From: the human T2T-CHM13v2.0 reference genome, Homo sapiens | NCBI RefSeq assembly: GCF_009914755.1 | Contig: NC_060926.1 | Direction: 5' to 3' (one strand) | Length of the DNA stretch: 64,000 nt | Part shown: one piece after another, positions 43,624-57,010 of the stretch | Numbering within the stretch: position 1 is the stretch's first letter | How the letters are laid out: every line of letters starts with the position of its first letter | The notes under the pieces: model-generated | What the model was told of the DNA's origin: nothing | Databases searched by the model: none | Seen by the model: only the letters and a program-made list of their open reading frames with translations | Made by a program: the position numbers and the translations under genes

Positions 43624-44559
43624 TCTGTTTTTAAGAAGAAAAAATAGCCATATTCCAAGTGGGCACCCTGACTCTGTTGTACAATCTTGGGTTACAGAGT
43701 AGAAAAAAACAACATTTTGCAGTAGAATAACTCTTCGTACCAGTAAGAGGTGGTCAGATGACAATCCTGAATCTGAGCAACTAGTGCAGTAATTTATTCT
43801 CCCTTTGAAATGGAAAGAGTGAAATGGATATAGAGGCAAGAATTTTCTTTTACTGCTAATACACATAACTACTTGCCAACTGGATTCTACTTCTGTTTAT
43901 CTACTGTGACTGCTCTCTCTAAACACGTCAGTTTTCACCCAGTGTCTGAAAACATCGTCTTCTCATCTACTGGATATCATGGCACATTAGTGTTCTGGTT
44001 CTCCTTTTCCTTTAGATGTTGTTTCAATATATTCCTTAGTACTGTCTTTCCTGCCTCCAAATATAGGCTGTGGCTATAGATTGGTACTTAATCTTCTGTA
44101 TTTCTGGATCTATAGTTATTATAAAAGGCTTATACGTTGCTTTCTCTTGTGTACTTTCAAGGATCCAACTGTACTTGCTAAATGAATGGTTCTAAAAATA
44201 ACAATCTTCAAGCTTCTTCTTTCTTGAACCACAGGTTCGAATGTGTAATTCTTTCTTTGATATCCCTTTGATTTATTTATTTTAAATAAGAGGAGGTTTT
44301 GATCTGGATTAATGGGGCTCCCATCATAAATCCTATAGTCATTTTTGCTTTGTGCCTCCCTTAAGTTTTCTGGATTATCTGATGTCAACTCCTGGGGCAT
44401 ATTCCATTATTGTATCTGTTGTGCTTTTTGTACTTTCTTCTACCACCATAACTCTGAACTTCATAAATTCATAACTGAAATACTTTGGTGGATCACACTG
44501 AGACTCTGTATTCTATATACTTTTTCTATGTTATGATCAGAATGTACTCCTTTTTACTT

Positions 44560-45629
<1,070 letters not shown>

Positions 45630-46673
45630 TTAGTAAAATGTTTTAACTTAAATATATTCTAAAATATTATGAGATTTTTGAAGAAAATATAGTGTTAAAC
45701 TTTTCTTTATATACCTATAGTCCATTATCATGCTTATACCTAGCATGTATAATACTAAACTTACTGTTGAATAAAATAAAAATTATGCAATAAGAGTCCA
45801 TATGTGAATAGGGAAAGAGAGGGTCGTTTGAGTGGGAAATGGTGAAAGAGAAGATTAGGCAAAGAATCTGCAACTACTTAAGGCCAGTTTTATGTTAGTC
45901 TTTATTTCTAAGATGAGAGAAATAGAGATTCAGGTATGCTGATAAAGGTGAATTCACATTTTTACTCATTGTAAGTATGTTAAATCGCTGTTATAAAATG
46001 TTTTGCATATTTTGCTCATAAAAAGATTAGAATTAATTATACTCAAAATTATATAGCATCATGTACCTCATACCTATAATTAACTAATACAGGCAGAAAT
46101 GTTACTTGTGGTTTGGAGGGAAGCTGAGGATTGGGAGTGGTGGTGGTATAGAAAAGTGCTATTTTGTAAGACCATTTCATTTCTGGGAATGAGGCCAAAT
46201 GGGCCTTGTGATTTTTCTTTTGTAGACTAGCTGTTTAAAAAAAAATTTAAAAAATATATTAAAGCCATCACGCAGTTAAATAAAATTTACATGTAAAATA
46301 GCAAATTTAAAATCAGAAACCAGGTTATCAGTAAACAAGAGTAGAAGAGCAGAAGAGAATCATTCAAAGCAGAGGCAGCATTTTTTACAGGGCCTTAAAT
46401 AATGCTCTGGGTCTTCATACCATGGATAAATTGAAATCAATCAAAAAATTATTTATTCCTACTCTCTGAATGATGACTCTTACAGGGAACTGGATAGAAA
46501 TTTCTAGCCCCATGGCTCAGAAGAACATGTTCTCCATGAAGCCTGACTGTACATTTGTCCTAGGTATCATCTGCCATGAGACCTTACTCTGTGATCAAGG
46601 GATGTGTATTGTCAGGTAAAACAACCAGATCCATCACCAAGTTCCCATTATTGTGTCCTCTACTCTTCTATGA

Positions 46674-46676
<3 letters not shown>

Positions 46677-46720
<44 letters not shown>
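46677..46720. repeat. (CA)n microsatellite
   Basis: Uninterrupted CA run. Confidence 0.97.
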
Positions 46721-46721
<1 letters not shown>

Positions 46722-48009
46722 CTTTTCTGTGTTGTCAGTTTTAAGGGGCTTGGGCTTTCTCCTTCCCTCACAATTCACATTTGATGAGCTCCTGCCACTT
46801 CACATCTCTGACTCAGGCAAAAACCTTCTGGGTCACTGGCCCAACTTGGTTACATCATGGTGTCCATGGTGTTTCATCTTGTGTGATACACGTTGAGATT
46901 ATCTCAAGTAAGAGAGCAGGCCTGACACAGTTGCCTTACCTATGGTGGTTAGCTATGAGTCTTACTTTCGATGTCCTCAGTAGGCTGATGGGCAGGGAGA
47001 GCTCCTGTAGAAGATGTGCCTACCCGGAGAGTCAATGAGCAACTTTGAAGACTAAAGCTTTCTGTCTTGAGAGTTCAGACTCCCTAATCTATTCATGGTC
47101 TTAAGCTGTCAGGATCAGTTAAGGAGACCCGGTTCTTCCAGTGGGGAAAGGAACACTCTGAACTCAGTGACTCACATTTATACCAGGGAAGAGAGACATG
47201 CTCTTAGGCTAATTTAATCTTTTTTGGCATTTATTTTCTCTTCTGCTGAGTTTTCAAGGTAAAATGCTTTCCAAGGCTAGGTAGGTAAAGCAGTAAGTGA
47301 ATCAGGGAGGGCCAGGGTGGAGCATCAGCAAATGCGATGGCACATGCAGCACTGAAATGGGATAATTACTGCTTGGCAACAGCCAGTTTTTGTTTATTTG
47401 GCTGTTGCTTTTGTTTCTTGCTATTTAGACTTATTTTTCAAAAAAAAAAAAAGCTGTCTATCTGAGCTTTTATAAGAAATTATTTGATTTTTAAATGTTC
47501 TAAACCATATCAGTTTAAAAGAAAACTGCGGGGTCAAATGAATCTCCTGGGAAAGACAGATACGGCTACCGGGTTACCATATAAGCTCTAGGGGCATGAT
47601 ACAGATGAAACAGAGAGAATGTGGAGGTGGGGGGTGATCTTCAGGTTTGATAAATGATGCTGCTCTTTATACCACTGGACATTTCAATCCTGATCCCATG
47701 CATTCCAAATTCAGTATGCTACTTAAGCCTCAGAGAACTTGCTATGCCCTTTGGGGGATCATTATCCTCAGAACCTTGTATCTTAATGTCAAGCAGATTG
47801 CAGCAAATCAACACAGCAAACTCCTTCTCCAGAGTGTACGTCATTGCTCTGACTCAAGCTAATTATTTGTGAATCATGTTGGTAGTGTAGTCTGGCAGGG
47901 AGGATATGGATATTAGAAAACTGAAATATTTATTATCTGGTTCTTTACAGAAGAGGTTTGTCAGCCTTTCGTAAAGTCAATCAAACTAAAAAAGCATGGC
48001 GTGAACTGT

Positions 48010-48367
48010 GCATGTGTTCAGATTGTTACAACAAAATACTGCAAGTTGGGTGGCTTATAAACAACAAATTTATTTCTCATAACTCTTCAGGCTAGGAAAT
48101 CCAAGATCAAGACCCTGGCAGATTGAGCATCTTCTGAGGGTCTATTTATTCATAGCTGGAGCCTTCTATTATAGTTGTGTCCTCACATGGTGAGAAGGAA
48201 CAAGGAATCTCCCTCTATTGGGTTTCTTTTATGAGGACATTCATTCTATACAGGACCCTCATGACCTAATCACCTCCCAAAGGCTCCACCTTCTAATACC
48301 AGCACCTTGAACATCAGGATTTCAACATAGAAATTTTGGCGGGGACACAAACATTCAGACCACAGCA
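48010..48367 (-). mobile_element. MLT1A-like solo LTR
   Basis: ctcatgacctaatcacctcccaaaggctccacc...ggggacacaaacattcagaccacagca. Confidence 0.85.
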
Positions 48368-48652
48368 GACTGACATCTGTCACTTGGTGATTATAACTCA
48401 GTTACTTGACTGACTTGATGACTAGTTGCTGTGACCTGCTGCCTGATGACTATAACCTGGTGACTGTGACTTGGCGAATAGAGACTTTGTGGTGGTAACT
48501 GGTGACTGTGGCTTAGTGACTGGTGACTAACCTGGTGACTAGAGACTGTGACTTGGCATTTGGTGACTGAACTGGTGACCGATGACTGTGACTTGGTGAA
48601 TGGAGACTTTGGTGTGGCACTGGTGAATGTGAACTGGTAATAGGTGACTGCG
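48368..48652 (+). repeat. Degenerate (G)GTGACT-based tandem array
   Basis: About 18 TGAC words on the plus strand in about 280 bp. Confidence 0.8.
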
Positions 48653-49354
48653 GCTTGGATACCCAAAGGCTTACCTCAGAAACATCAAGAAACTGAGCTT
48701 AAGATAGCAAGATTAATTCCTTGCTCATTTCAACTGTTAAAATATTGCCCTGCTTGATGAGGCTTAGGGTAAAAAACTATTAAAGGACTCAGCCAGGTGT
48801 GCTTAGTTATGGGAAATGGAGAAACTGGCTTTCAGTCACTTACATAGAGAAATGTTCTTTTTAAAAAATGAAAATTAATGTTTTATAAAATAGTTTCTAT
48901 GTAGAAACCCCCCAATATTTCTGTGTTTTTCCTTTCCCTGCTTAATTGTAGTTAATGCACCACTCCATGCCCATTGAGATTTTGACTGCAGCTCTTATTT
49001 TCTTTGATTCATATTGTTTCTCTCTCATGATAGTTCTCTAAGGACAGATATATCCTTAACTCAGGATCGTATTTTCATAGACATTAATCTCCTGTAAAGT
49101 TTCATTAAAAGTTTTAGGATTGGGTTTCTAATGACATTCGTCAAGCAGAGCATAGCAAGAAACATATGAATAATCTTAGATTTGGTAATTTTTCATTATA
49201 TTAATCATAAAACCCATATGTTCTCTTCTGTGCATGGACAGAGAGAAGGAGTATAACAGATTGCTATAATACATGGCGAAGGAGAAAACAGTGTAGCCCT
49301 GTGGGAATAATGATGTTACAAATGCCAAACTTCTTAGATATGGAGATCAAAGAT

Positions 49355-49359
49355 CTCTG

Positions 49360-49400
<41 letters not shown>

Positions 49401-49416
49401 TTTTTCTCTCTCTTTC
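49355..49416. repeat. (CT)n-rich polypyrimidine tract
   Basis: ctctctct run. Confidence 0.9.
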
Positions 49417-49940
49417 TTGCTTTCCAAGAATACTGTATATAATCCGTAAATAATTTGAAAGGGTGGTCAGTAGTTATTTTGAACATATGTCATGGTTCTT
49501 GGAATATAGTGCATTGGTCTTTGAATTCCCTTTTCAACAATATTAGATCCCGTTTTCTATTTTAAAAAAGTGGCTAAGAGGTGGGTGCTTTCAGCCCAAA
49601 GAAGTAGATCAGTTGAGTATTTTTTGCCTATAGAGGTTGCCATCAAATTAAAGAATTGGCTTTCTTGTTAGGGACAGAACAGTAAGTATAATGTGAAAAG
49701 AAACTTCTTTCCTATTCTGGTTCATTATTATTTGCTGAGGATATAAAGGGGAGACTGTCCAAATGCAAACCCTCAGGAAGCTTCCAGCTTAATGAGTTCA
49801 AAGGAAATACATGGCAGGAAACAGCCAGAAGTAAAACAGTAGCTGCCCAAATGTGAAATGTGTAGTTTTTCAATGGCTTGGGAGAAAAGGACTCCAAAGA
49901 TTTTCACAGATCCCCTGATGAACAGGTGCCAAGAATATAG

Positions 49941-50283
<343 letters not shown>

Positions 50284-50289
50284 ATGTAT

Positions 50290-50595
50290 TATTATTTTAT
50301 AATTTTAAATTTTTGAGTACATTTGTGGGTACATTATAGGTGTATATATTTATGGGATATATAAGATGTTTTAATACAGGCGTGCAATGCATAATAATCA
50401 CATCATGGAAAATGAGGTATCCATACCCTCAAGCATTTATCCTTTGTGTTACAAACAATCCAATCACACTCTTTTAGTTATTTGAAAATGTGCACTTAAA
50501 TTATTACTGAGTACAGTCACTCTCTTGTGCTATCAACTAGTAGGTCTTATTCATTCTTTCTAACTTTTTTTTGTATTCATTAACCATTCCCACTT
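50290..50595 (-). mobile_element. L1MA2/3-like 3' end
   Basis: tttgtgggtacat...ccctcaagcatttatcctttgtgttacaaacaatccaat. Confidence 0.85.
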
Positions 50596-51194
50596 TAGAA
50601 TAGTTACTAAAAACAGCAAGGTTTAGATTACATCATAAAGAATCAGAAAGTAGTGACCTTCATGATATACCAAATGGTTTATCACATATCCATAGTGTCT
50701 ACTTGTAGCACACTATATAAGAGATGGAAAGGGTTTTGATGATCAAATAAATGTTGAAATTTTTGATGTATAGGACAGGTTAAAGAACATTCTATTATTT
50801 GGAATGGAAAATACAAGCGTAAGGAAAGCCAAAGTCTGTGAATCAAAAGTTTTGCCTGAATATGTTTTAAGGATACAAGTTGTTAAAAAGGATTGATAGC
50901 CAAAAAATCACATCTTGACCAAAAAATGACATTTGTATATGGATTCTTCCTTCTACTCATTGAACATGTCCACTTGGTCCTCTTAAGTAAATTTTGAAAT
51001 CTAAGGAGAATAGCCAAGGGGATTAACATACCTGATATAGTAAATGCAGTGAAAGAGTTGTATATAATAGCTGTGGTTAATTATTCTCCTTTTTAGCTTA
51101 TATTTCCTATGTATCATCAAGGTAATAAATTATCATTATAAAATATTTCAAATATTAGTGAAATATGGGCTTTCAAAGTTACAGCCCCCTTCAG

Positions 51195-51530
51195 TGGTCT
51201 GAAATATTTGTGTCCCCTCAACATTCGTATGTTGAACTCAACCCTTAGAATGATGGTGTTGGGAGGTGAGGCCTTTGGAAGATGATTAGTGCTCTTATGA
51301 AAGAGGTCTAAGGAAGCTACCTTGCCCCTCTAACCTCTAACCTCTAACCTTGCAGGGATACAGTTAGAAAACAGTATCTGTGAACTAGAAAGCAGGCCCT
51401 TACTAGATGCCAGATCTGCTGGTGCTTTATCTTGGACTCCCCAGTCTCCAAAACTATGAGAAATACATTTTTGTTGTTTACAAGCCATGCAATTTATGGT
51501 ATTTTGTTATAGCAGCCTGAATGGACTAAA
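51195..51530 (+). mobile_element. MLT1A-like solo LTR
   Basis: tggtctgaaatatttgtgtcccc...gttatagcagcctgaatggactaa; local (CTCTAAC)x3. Confidence 0.82.
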
Positions 51531-51744
51531 ATATCCTATAACATAAACAAAAATACTGTTAAGTCCTTGATATACGTTAATCCAGACTTTTTTCTATAGG
51601 TAGACTAAATAAAATATTTAATACTTCCCTTTTCATAATAGTTGTTTTTTGTTGAGTTTCAGGCACCTGTCACCTTGGATGTTATTCTATAGCCCCAAAG
51701 CAAATCAACTAATAGATTTAAAAAAGGATAGAAAGGAGAAATAC

Positions 51745-51945
51745 ACTTTTACTAGGATACTGTCTTAGGTATTTTTTATGTACAGTATCTCGTTTATTCC
51801 TCACAGCAGCCATACTAGATGGGAGTTTTGTTCTTAATTTAAAAAATTAGGACTCTGGTTTAGAGAGCTGAAGTCACTTGCACAAGGGTCATAGAATTTG
51901 AGTTGCAGAGCTGGGATGTGAGTCTAGGTCCTTCTAACACTGAAG
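51745..51945. mobile_element. MIR
   Basis: atctcgtttattcctcacagcagcc...aagtcacttgcacaagggtcatag...gcagagctgggat. Confidence 0.6.
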
Positions 51946-54296
51946 TCTGTGGATATTTCCCTCAGATTGGGTAATACTTAACTGTTTCAATATAAACAAT
52001 CGTTTGTGTTCTTTTATTGTGTCTAACGCATCAGATCCACATTTATCTGAATTTTTAATCTTTTTGATGCTTGTTGTATGCACACTTCCATATGTATATG
52101 ATTTCCGAGCTTAGATAAACCACATTACTGTTTTTTTCTGGGCTTCAAATTCTTATCTTTAAGATGAAGGGATAAGCCCTAACGTGCTTTCCAGTCTGCT
52201 AGTCTATGATGGAAGGACTCTCAGACAGCCTTTGTGACAAAGTGTCAGTAGAGGAGTTGAACTGTTTTCCTGAAAATGTCTTTGGTCTATGAGCAATCTT
52301 ACACCATCATATCCTGATTTCTATACAGCCTGGAACTGATTACCTGCATTAATGAGATAGCTCACTGACATCTAAGCCAACACGCTTGTATTAGCTATAC
52401 CATATTGGCCTTATTTATTCTCTTAATTAATTGACTAAACTAAATAGAATGTTGAACACTAAAAAATACCCTTTAAAGTTCTAACACTTCTCCCCAAGTA
52501 TCCAACATCTTCCAATAATATGAGTGATAGTGCCTGAGAAGAATGGAAATTTTCTGTGATAATGGTTTCCTCTACAGATATAATTCAACTAGGAGGGGAG
52601 GGAAGGTTAAGAGCATCTTTATGCATATTGTGCCCCTGTCTAGTTTTAGTGAGTTGGATCTAGGTACCATTTAATGAGAGCTTTTAAAAAAGAGTATTGT
52701 CATTTAAAAATTGATGACAGAGGAACAAGGAGATGGGGTTCTTCATTCTAGGCTTTCTGTTTCTAGAAAATGTAAGGCAAACTAGTAATATGCAAGTCAA
52801 AGGCAATATGATACTATCTTAACTCTCATTAAAATCTAGAAATGTAATTAAACATAAAAGGATTAACTTTTAATTAAATAATGTTAAATTGCTTTGAAGC
52901 AATAAGAGTAATAACACTCGGTTAATCACATAACTGAATAAGACTTTATATTTTCTTTTAGATACAGTCAGTTTGTTCTGGGGTAAGAAAAGAAGCTTTT
53001 ATTTCAATTCAATGTGTAGTTTTTATGAGAGGACCTCTTGATATTCTAGTGCCTCCACTCATTGTACTGTCTTAATGGATAATACTGAAAATGAATGACT
53101 GAGCTTTATTGCAGTAGATTTCTCTAAAATCTCAACTCATCCATTATCGATTATAGATAAGAAGAAGTTGAGTGCTAATGCTATATTTTTTTACTAAATC
53201 TCTCTTATTCATGAAGTCTGAAATTTGGAATGCAACTAACAAGTAACTCTTGATTCCACCTTTCCTTTGTTGTGTTCCAGGCTGGAAACAATAGAGACAT
53301 ATTACTACCAATTTTGCAGGTAAATAACACCAACAAGAATTGGTCTTATAAACACTAAGTTGAAATTAAATATTAATTCTCAACTGTTTTCTAAGAGCTG
53401 CTAGTATAGTAAATGCAAAGCCGGAGATTTGCCTAACAGGGAAGCCCAGTATTAAAGGCTATAGCTGGAATGCAGTCTCTACCTTGTATAATGTCAGATG
53501 ATCCTCGCCTGGGTTGTCTATATATTTTTTTTTAATTGATATTTCTCTCCTACTTTTCAAAGCGAGTTAATGATGACCTAATATGGATGGAAATAGCTAT
53601 GGTGTATGTATATGTGTGAGAAAGTAGGGTATAGCTTTTGATGAGCACTAGTTAGTGTTTTAACACCAACTACATTGGAGACATCTCTATGTCATGTATT
53701 ACTTAAAATAATCCTCCTGGATAGGTTTCACAGTCTCAAATTTATAGATGAAAACCATGAGGCCACTAAGTCCATATGTGGTAGATACAGAATTAGAGTG
53801 CAGTTTTGTGTTGTCTGTCTTCAAAGCTCTTCTTCTTAAGGTTTTGGCTCACTGTCTTTCTGTCTATGCATATTTACTTTGCAAAGAGAAGCATGACTTT
53901 AATATCATATATTTAGCTAAATTAAAGCTGTAAGCTTGCACAAAGCTTGTGCCTGATCTCATCTTGCCTTTTTCTTATTTGTATAAAAATATATTTTCTT
54001 TTCTAGGGACAACTATCTCCTTTATCTACCTATTCCCAGTGAAATGTAGATTATTTTGTATAATCAAGCTGTTTACTTGAGTTGCTACTAAAAATAAAAT
54101 CCCACACTGTCTATTTTAATATTAATTCATTCAATTATTTGGTAAAAGTTGTGTGTATATGAGAGAGAGAGAGTGTGTGTGTGTGTATTTGCAAGGTTTT
54201 CAGACCAAAAAGTAGCTACCATGCAATTTTCAGGATATGTTTTACAATATTAACAAAGAAAAAGAACTAAGGTAGATAGCAGTTTGAAAGTAAAAT

Positions 54297-55022
54297 GGTT
54301 TTTCTATGCATGGCTTCACTTAGCATAATGTCCTCCAGATTCATCCATGCTGTTGCAAATGACAAGGTTGTCTTCTTTTTTAAAACTGAATAATATTTCA
54401 ATGTGTACCTATATACTACATTTTCTTTATCCATTCATCCATTGATGAGCAGTTAGGTAGATTCCATACCTTGGCTATTGTGAATAATGCTGCAGTGAAC
54501 ACAGGAATGCAGATTTTTCTTCAACGTAATTGATTTCATATCCTTTGAATATATATCCGAAGTGGAACTGCTAGATCATATGATAGTTCTTTTTTTAACT
54601 CGTTGGGTAATGTTCATGCATGATCTCACTTATATAAGGAATCTAAAAAACTCAGACTCATAGAAGCAGAAAGTGAAATGTTGGTTTAACAGGAGCTAGG
54701 GCAGGGATGGGATGTAAGGGGAAATGTTGGTCAAAGGGTACAAAGTTTCGCTTAGGAGAAATAAGTTCTGAAGATCTATTTAAATGCATGATGACTACCC
54801 ATGACAATAATGCATTGTGTACTTGAAAATTACCAAGAGAGTAGATTTTAATACTCTCATCACAAGTATTAATATATGTGGTGATGTATATGTTAATTTG
54901 CTTGGTTTAATCATTCCACAATGTGTGTGTGTGTGTGTGTGTGTGTTTGTGTGTGTGTATGTATCCCTCTCTCAAAACATCATATTGTATATCATAAATA
55001 TATAAAATTTTTGTTAATTACA
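54297..55022 (+). mobile_element. L1MA 3' fragment with inverted 5' part (twin priming)
   Basis: About 54300-54617 antisense L1, about 54618-55022 sense L1 3' UTR; TSD aaagtaaaat (54287-54296, 55023-55032). Confidence 0.85.
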
Positions 55023-56339
55023 AAAGTAAAATTATTGAATATACTAGAAAATAATCAGAATTTGGTTTAAAATAAAATGATAATGCAACATTTTTATACA
55101 ATGAAGCAGTTCATAAATGCTTAGGTATAAGGTCAGGGAATACAAAGACAATAAAACTCTAATATCTTAAAAGAACCCAAAAAAGGTAGCAAAAAATTTC
55201 AAAATATGAAAGCTAGCTATAGCAGTGAACACTAGTATTAGGAAAATTTGCAACAGCCATTCAACTCTAGTATTAGCCTAATGATATCAAAGTCCATGGA
55301 GAGTCCAAGTAGGAGCTGGAGTCTTGCAGACTGCAGGAGCCATCCTAGGCCCCTGGAATTATATGCAATGTAATTCAGTGAATAGTTCCAGATGTTTGAA
55401 CTTCTCAAAAGAGAGTTAGAACACTGTGACAGTTGCTTCGTTGTCTGTTCCTGCCAAGCTAAAAGCCTTAAACAGAGGCTCCAAAAGTATGCCTAGGTGT
55501 TTGCTTCCTGTGTCTGCTCTGTATTTGTCACTGCTCAGCAATCATTTAGATATGTATTTGTTGCAACTTATTTGGCCATCTAGATGCTAAATAACAAGGC
55601 TATCCAGAATAATTTATCTGCTGTACTACAGGAAGCAGAAGTGCTTCTTCATATTGAATTCTAAATGTGAAATTATTATTTATTGATAATTTTGGGGGAG
55701 AGTGAGGCATTGAAATTCCATAGAAACAGCCTTAGAGCAAAATATAGTCTTCTGGGGATACTATATTTCCTATTAATCACTTTCTTCTCAATGCTGACAA
55801 CACCAAGGATTATAGAAAATATCTATTACATAACTCCTGAGTTTATAACTTTTTACTCTATCTTAGTTTTTAATCTCCATAAAGACAAAAGTATGTTTTT
55901 CATCTTTTATATGCACTTTAGTATTTGTAAAATTCTGGGCCAACAGGAAGGCTCAACAATTGTATGTTAATTGATTAATCACTGATTGAGGCACTATTTG
56001 TTTGACCTAAAATAGCCAATAGGTTTTGTCAATTCAGTGATGAAACTAGAAGAGCTTGTTGTTTGGTTTGACTTTTTTTTTTTTTTTTTAGGGACCAACT
56101 TTCCACATCAGTTAATTAAAAAAAATAAAATAAAATTACTCCCAGGGCCTGTATAGATAAAACCTGAAGAACTCTTTCAAACACTTTGAAATCATCAAAC
56201 TGAAGTGTTTTTTCATTGATCATTGCTTTTTGGGGTCTGCCTGGGAGCATTTGAAGAAGGTCATGTTCTCTTTTATGAAAGTGGGGGACCATAAGCTTAT
56301 GAGGAAGAAAGGACCTTAAGTAAACTTCTGCCAGACAGA

Positions 56340-56790
56340 CTTGGAGTTTCTGAAATACAGATTAACTGCAGTGATTGATTTTTTTCCACTTCAGTAGCAT
56401 ACAAGGTGATACAATATGAGGCAAGGACATAAACCACGTTCAGGAAGCCAACACGTCATCTTGCAGTCTGTCAGTCAAAGATACATCAAACCTCAGACTG
56501 AAATGAAAGTCTACCATGCAGGAACGCTATCCAGTTTTCTTTATGGATATGACACTGGATCTGTTACTGGTGCATAACTTCCAGGACACCACTATCCTGC
56601 CATGTTTCGTATTAGATGGCAGACAGTTTCCAAATGCCAGGATCTAGGAAGCAGTTGATCATCAGGTGTTGACAATAGTACCATTAAAAATCAGCTCCAC
56701 CAGGCTGGACATCTGTAGGGAGTGAATAACAAAATCTCCCAGTTCCGGGGCAGAGAAGGTGGCATACGATGGTTCCTTATAGGAGTATTA
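56340..56790 (+). mobile_element. Fossil RTE-clade LINE (MamRTE1/L4-like), region C-terminal to RT
   Basis: Translates to IKPQTEMKVYHAGTLSSFLYGYDT(W) and FRIRWQTVS..IKNQLHQAGHL, matching the RTE pattern TKxKVYxAxVLxxLLYGxETW..IxWQD..QLRWAGHV. Confidence 0.7.
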
Positions 56791-57010
56791 TTTGTATGCA
56801 AAGATATACCACGTTGTTACCTTTAGTTCATAGTGCTCCAGAGGGCATTTTTCATCATTTAATACACACCCACTATGTATAAGAACATTGACATGTACTA
56901 AGAAAGTCAAGATGAATAAGAGTGTTTAGCTCAATAAGTGTTTGTTATTGAATTAAATTACTGAAAATACAATATCCTGAGTGCCAAAATAGTATATGCA
57001 ATATACTAAG

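Noticed and set aside
44119-44400. 93-aa protein-like ORF, possible processed-pseudogene fragment
   Set aside because: No recognisable homology, poly-A or TSD; a BLASTX search would be needed to revive it.
48391-48666. Ser/His/Gln-rich ORF
   Set aside because: By-product of the TGAC array read on the minus strand.
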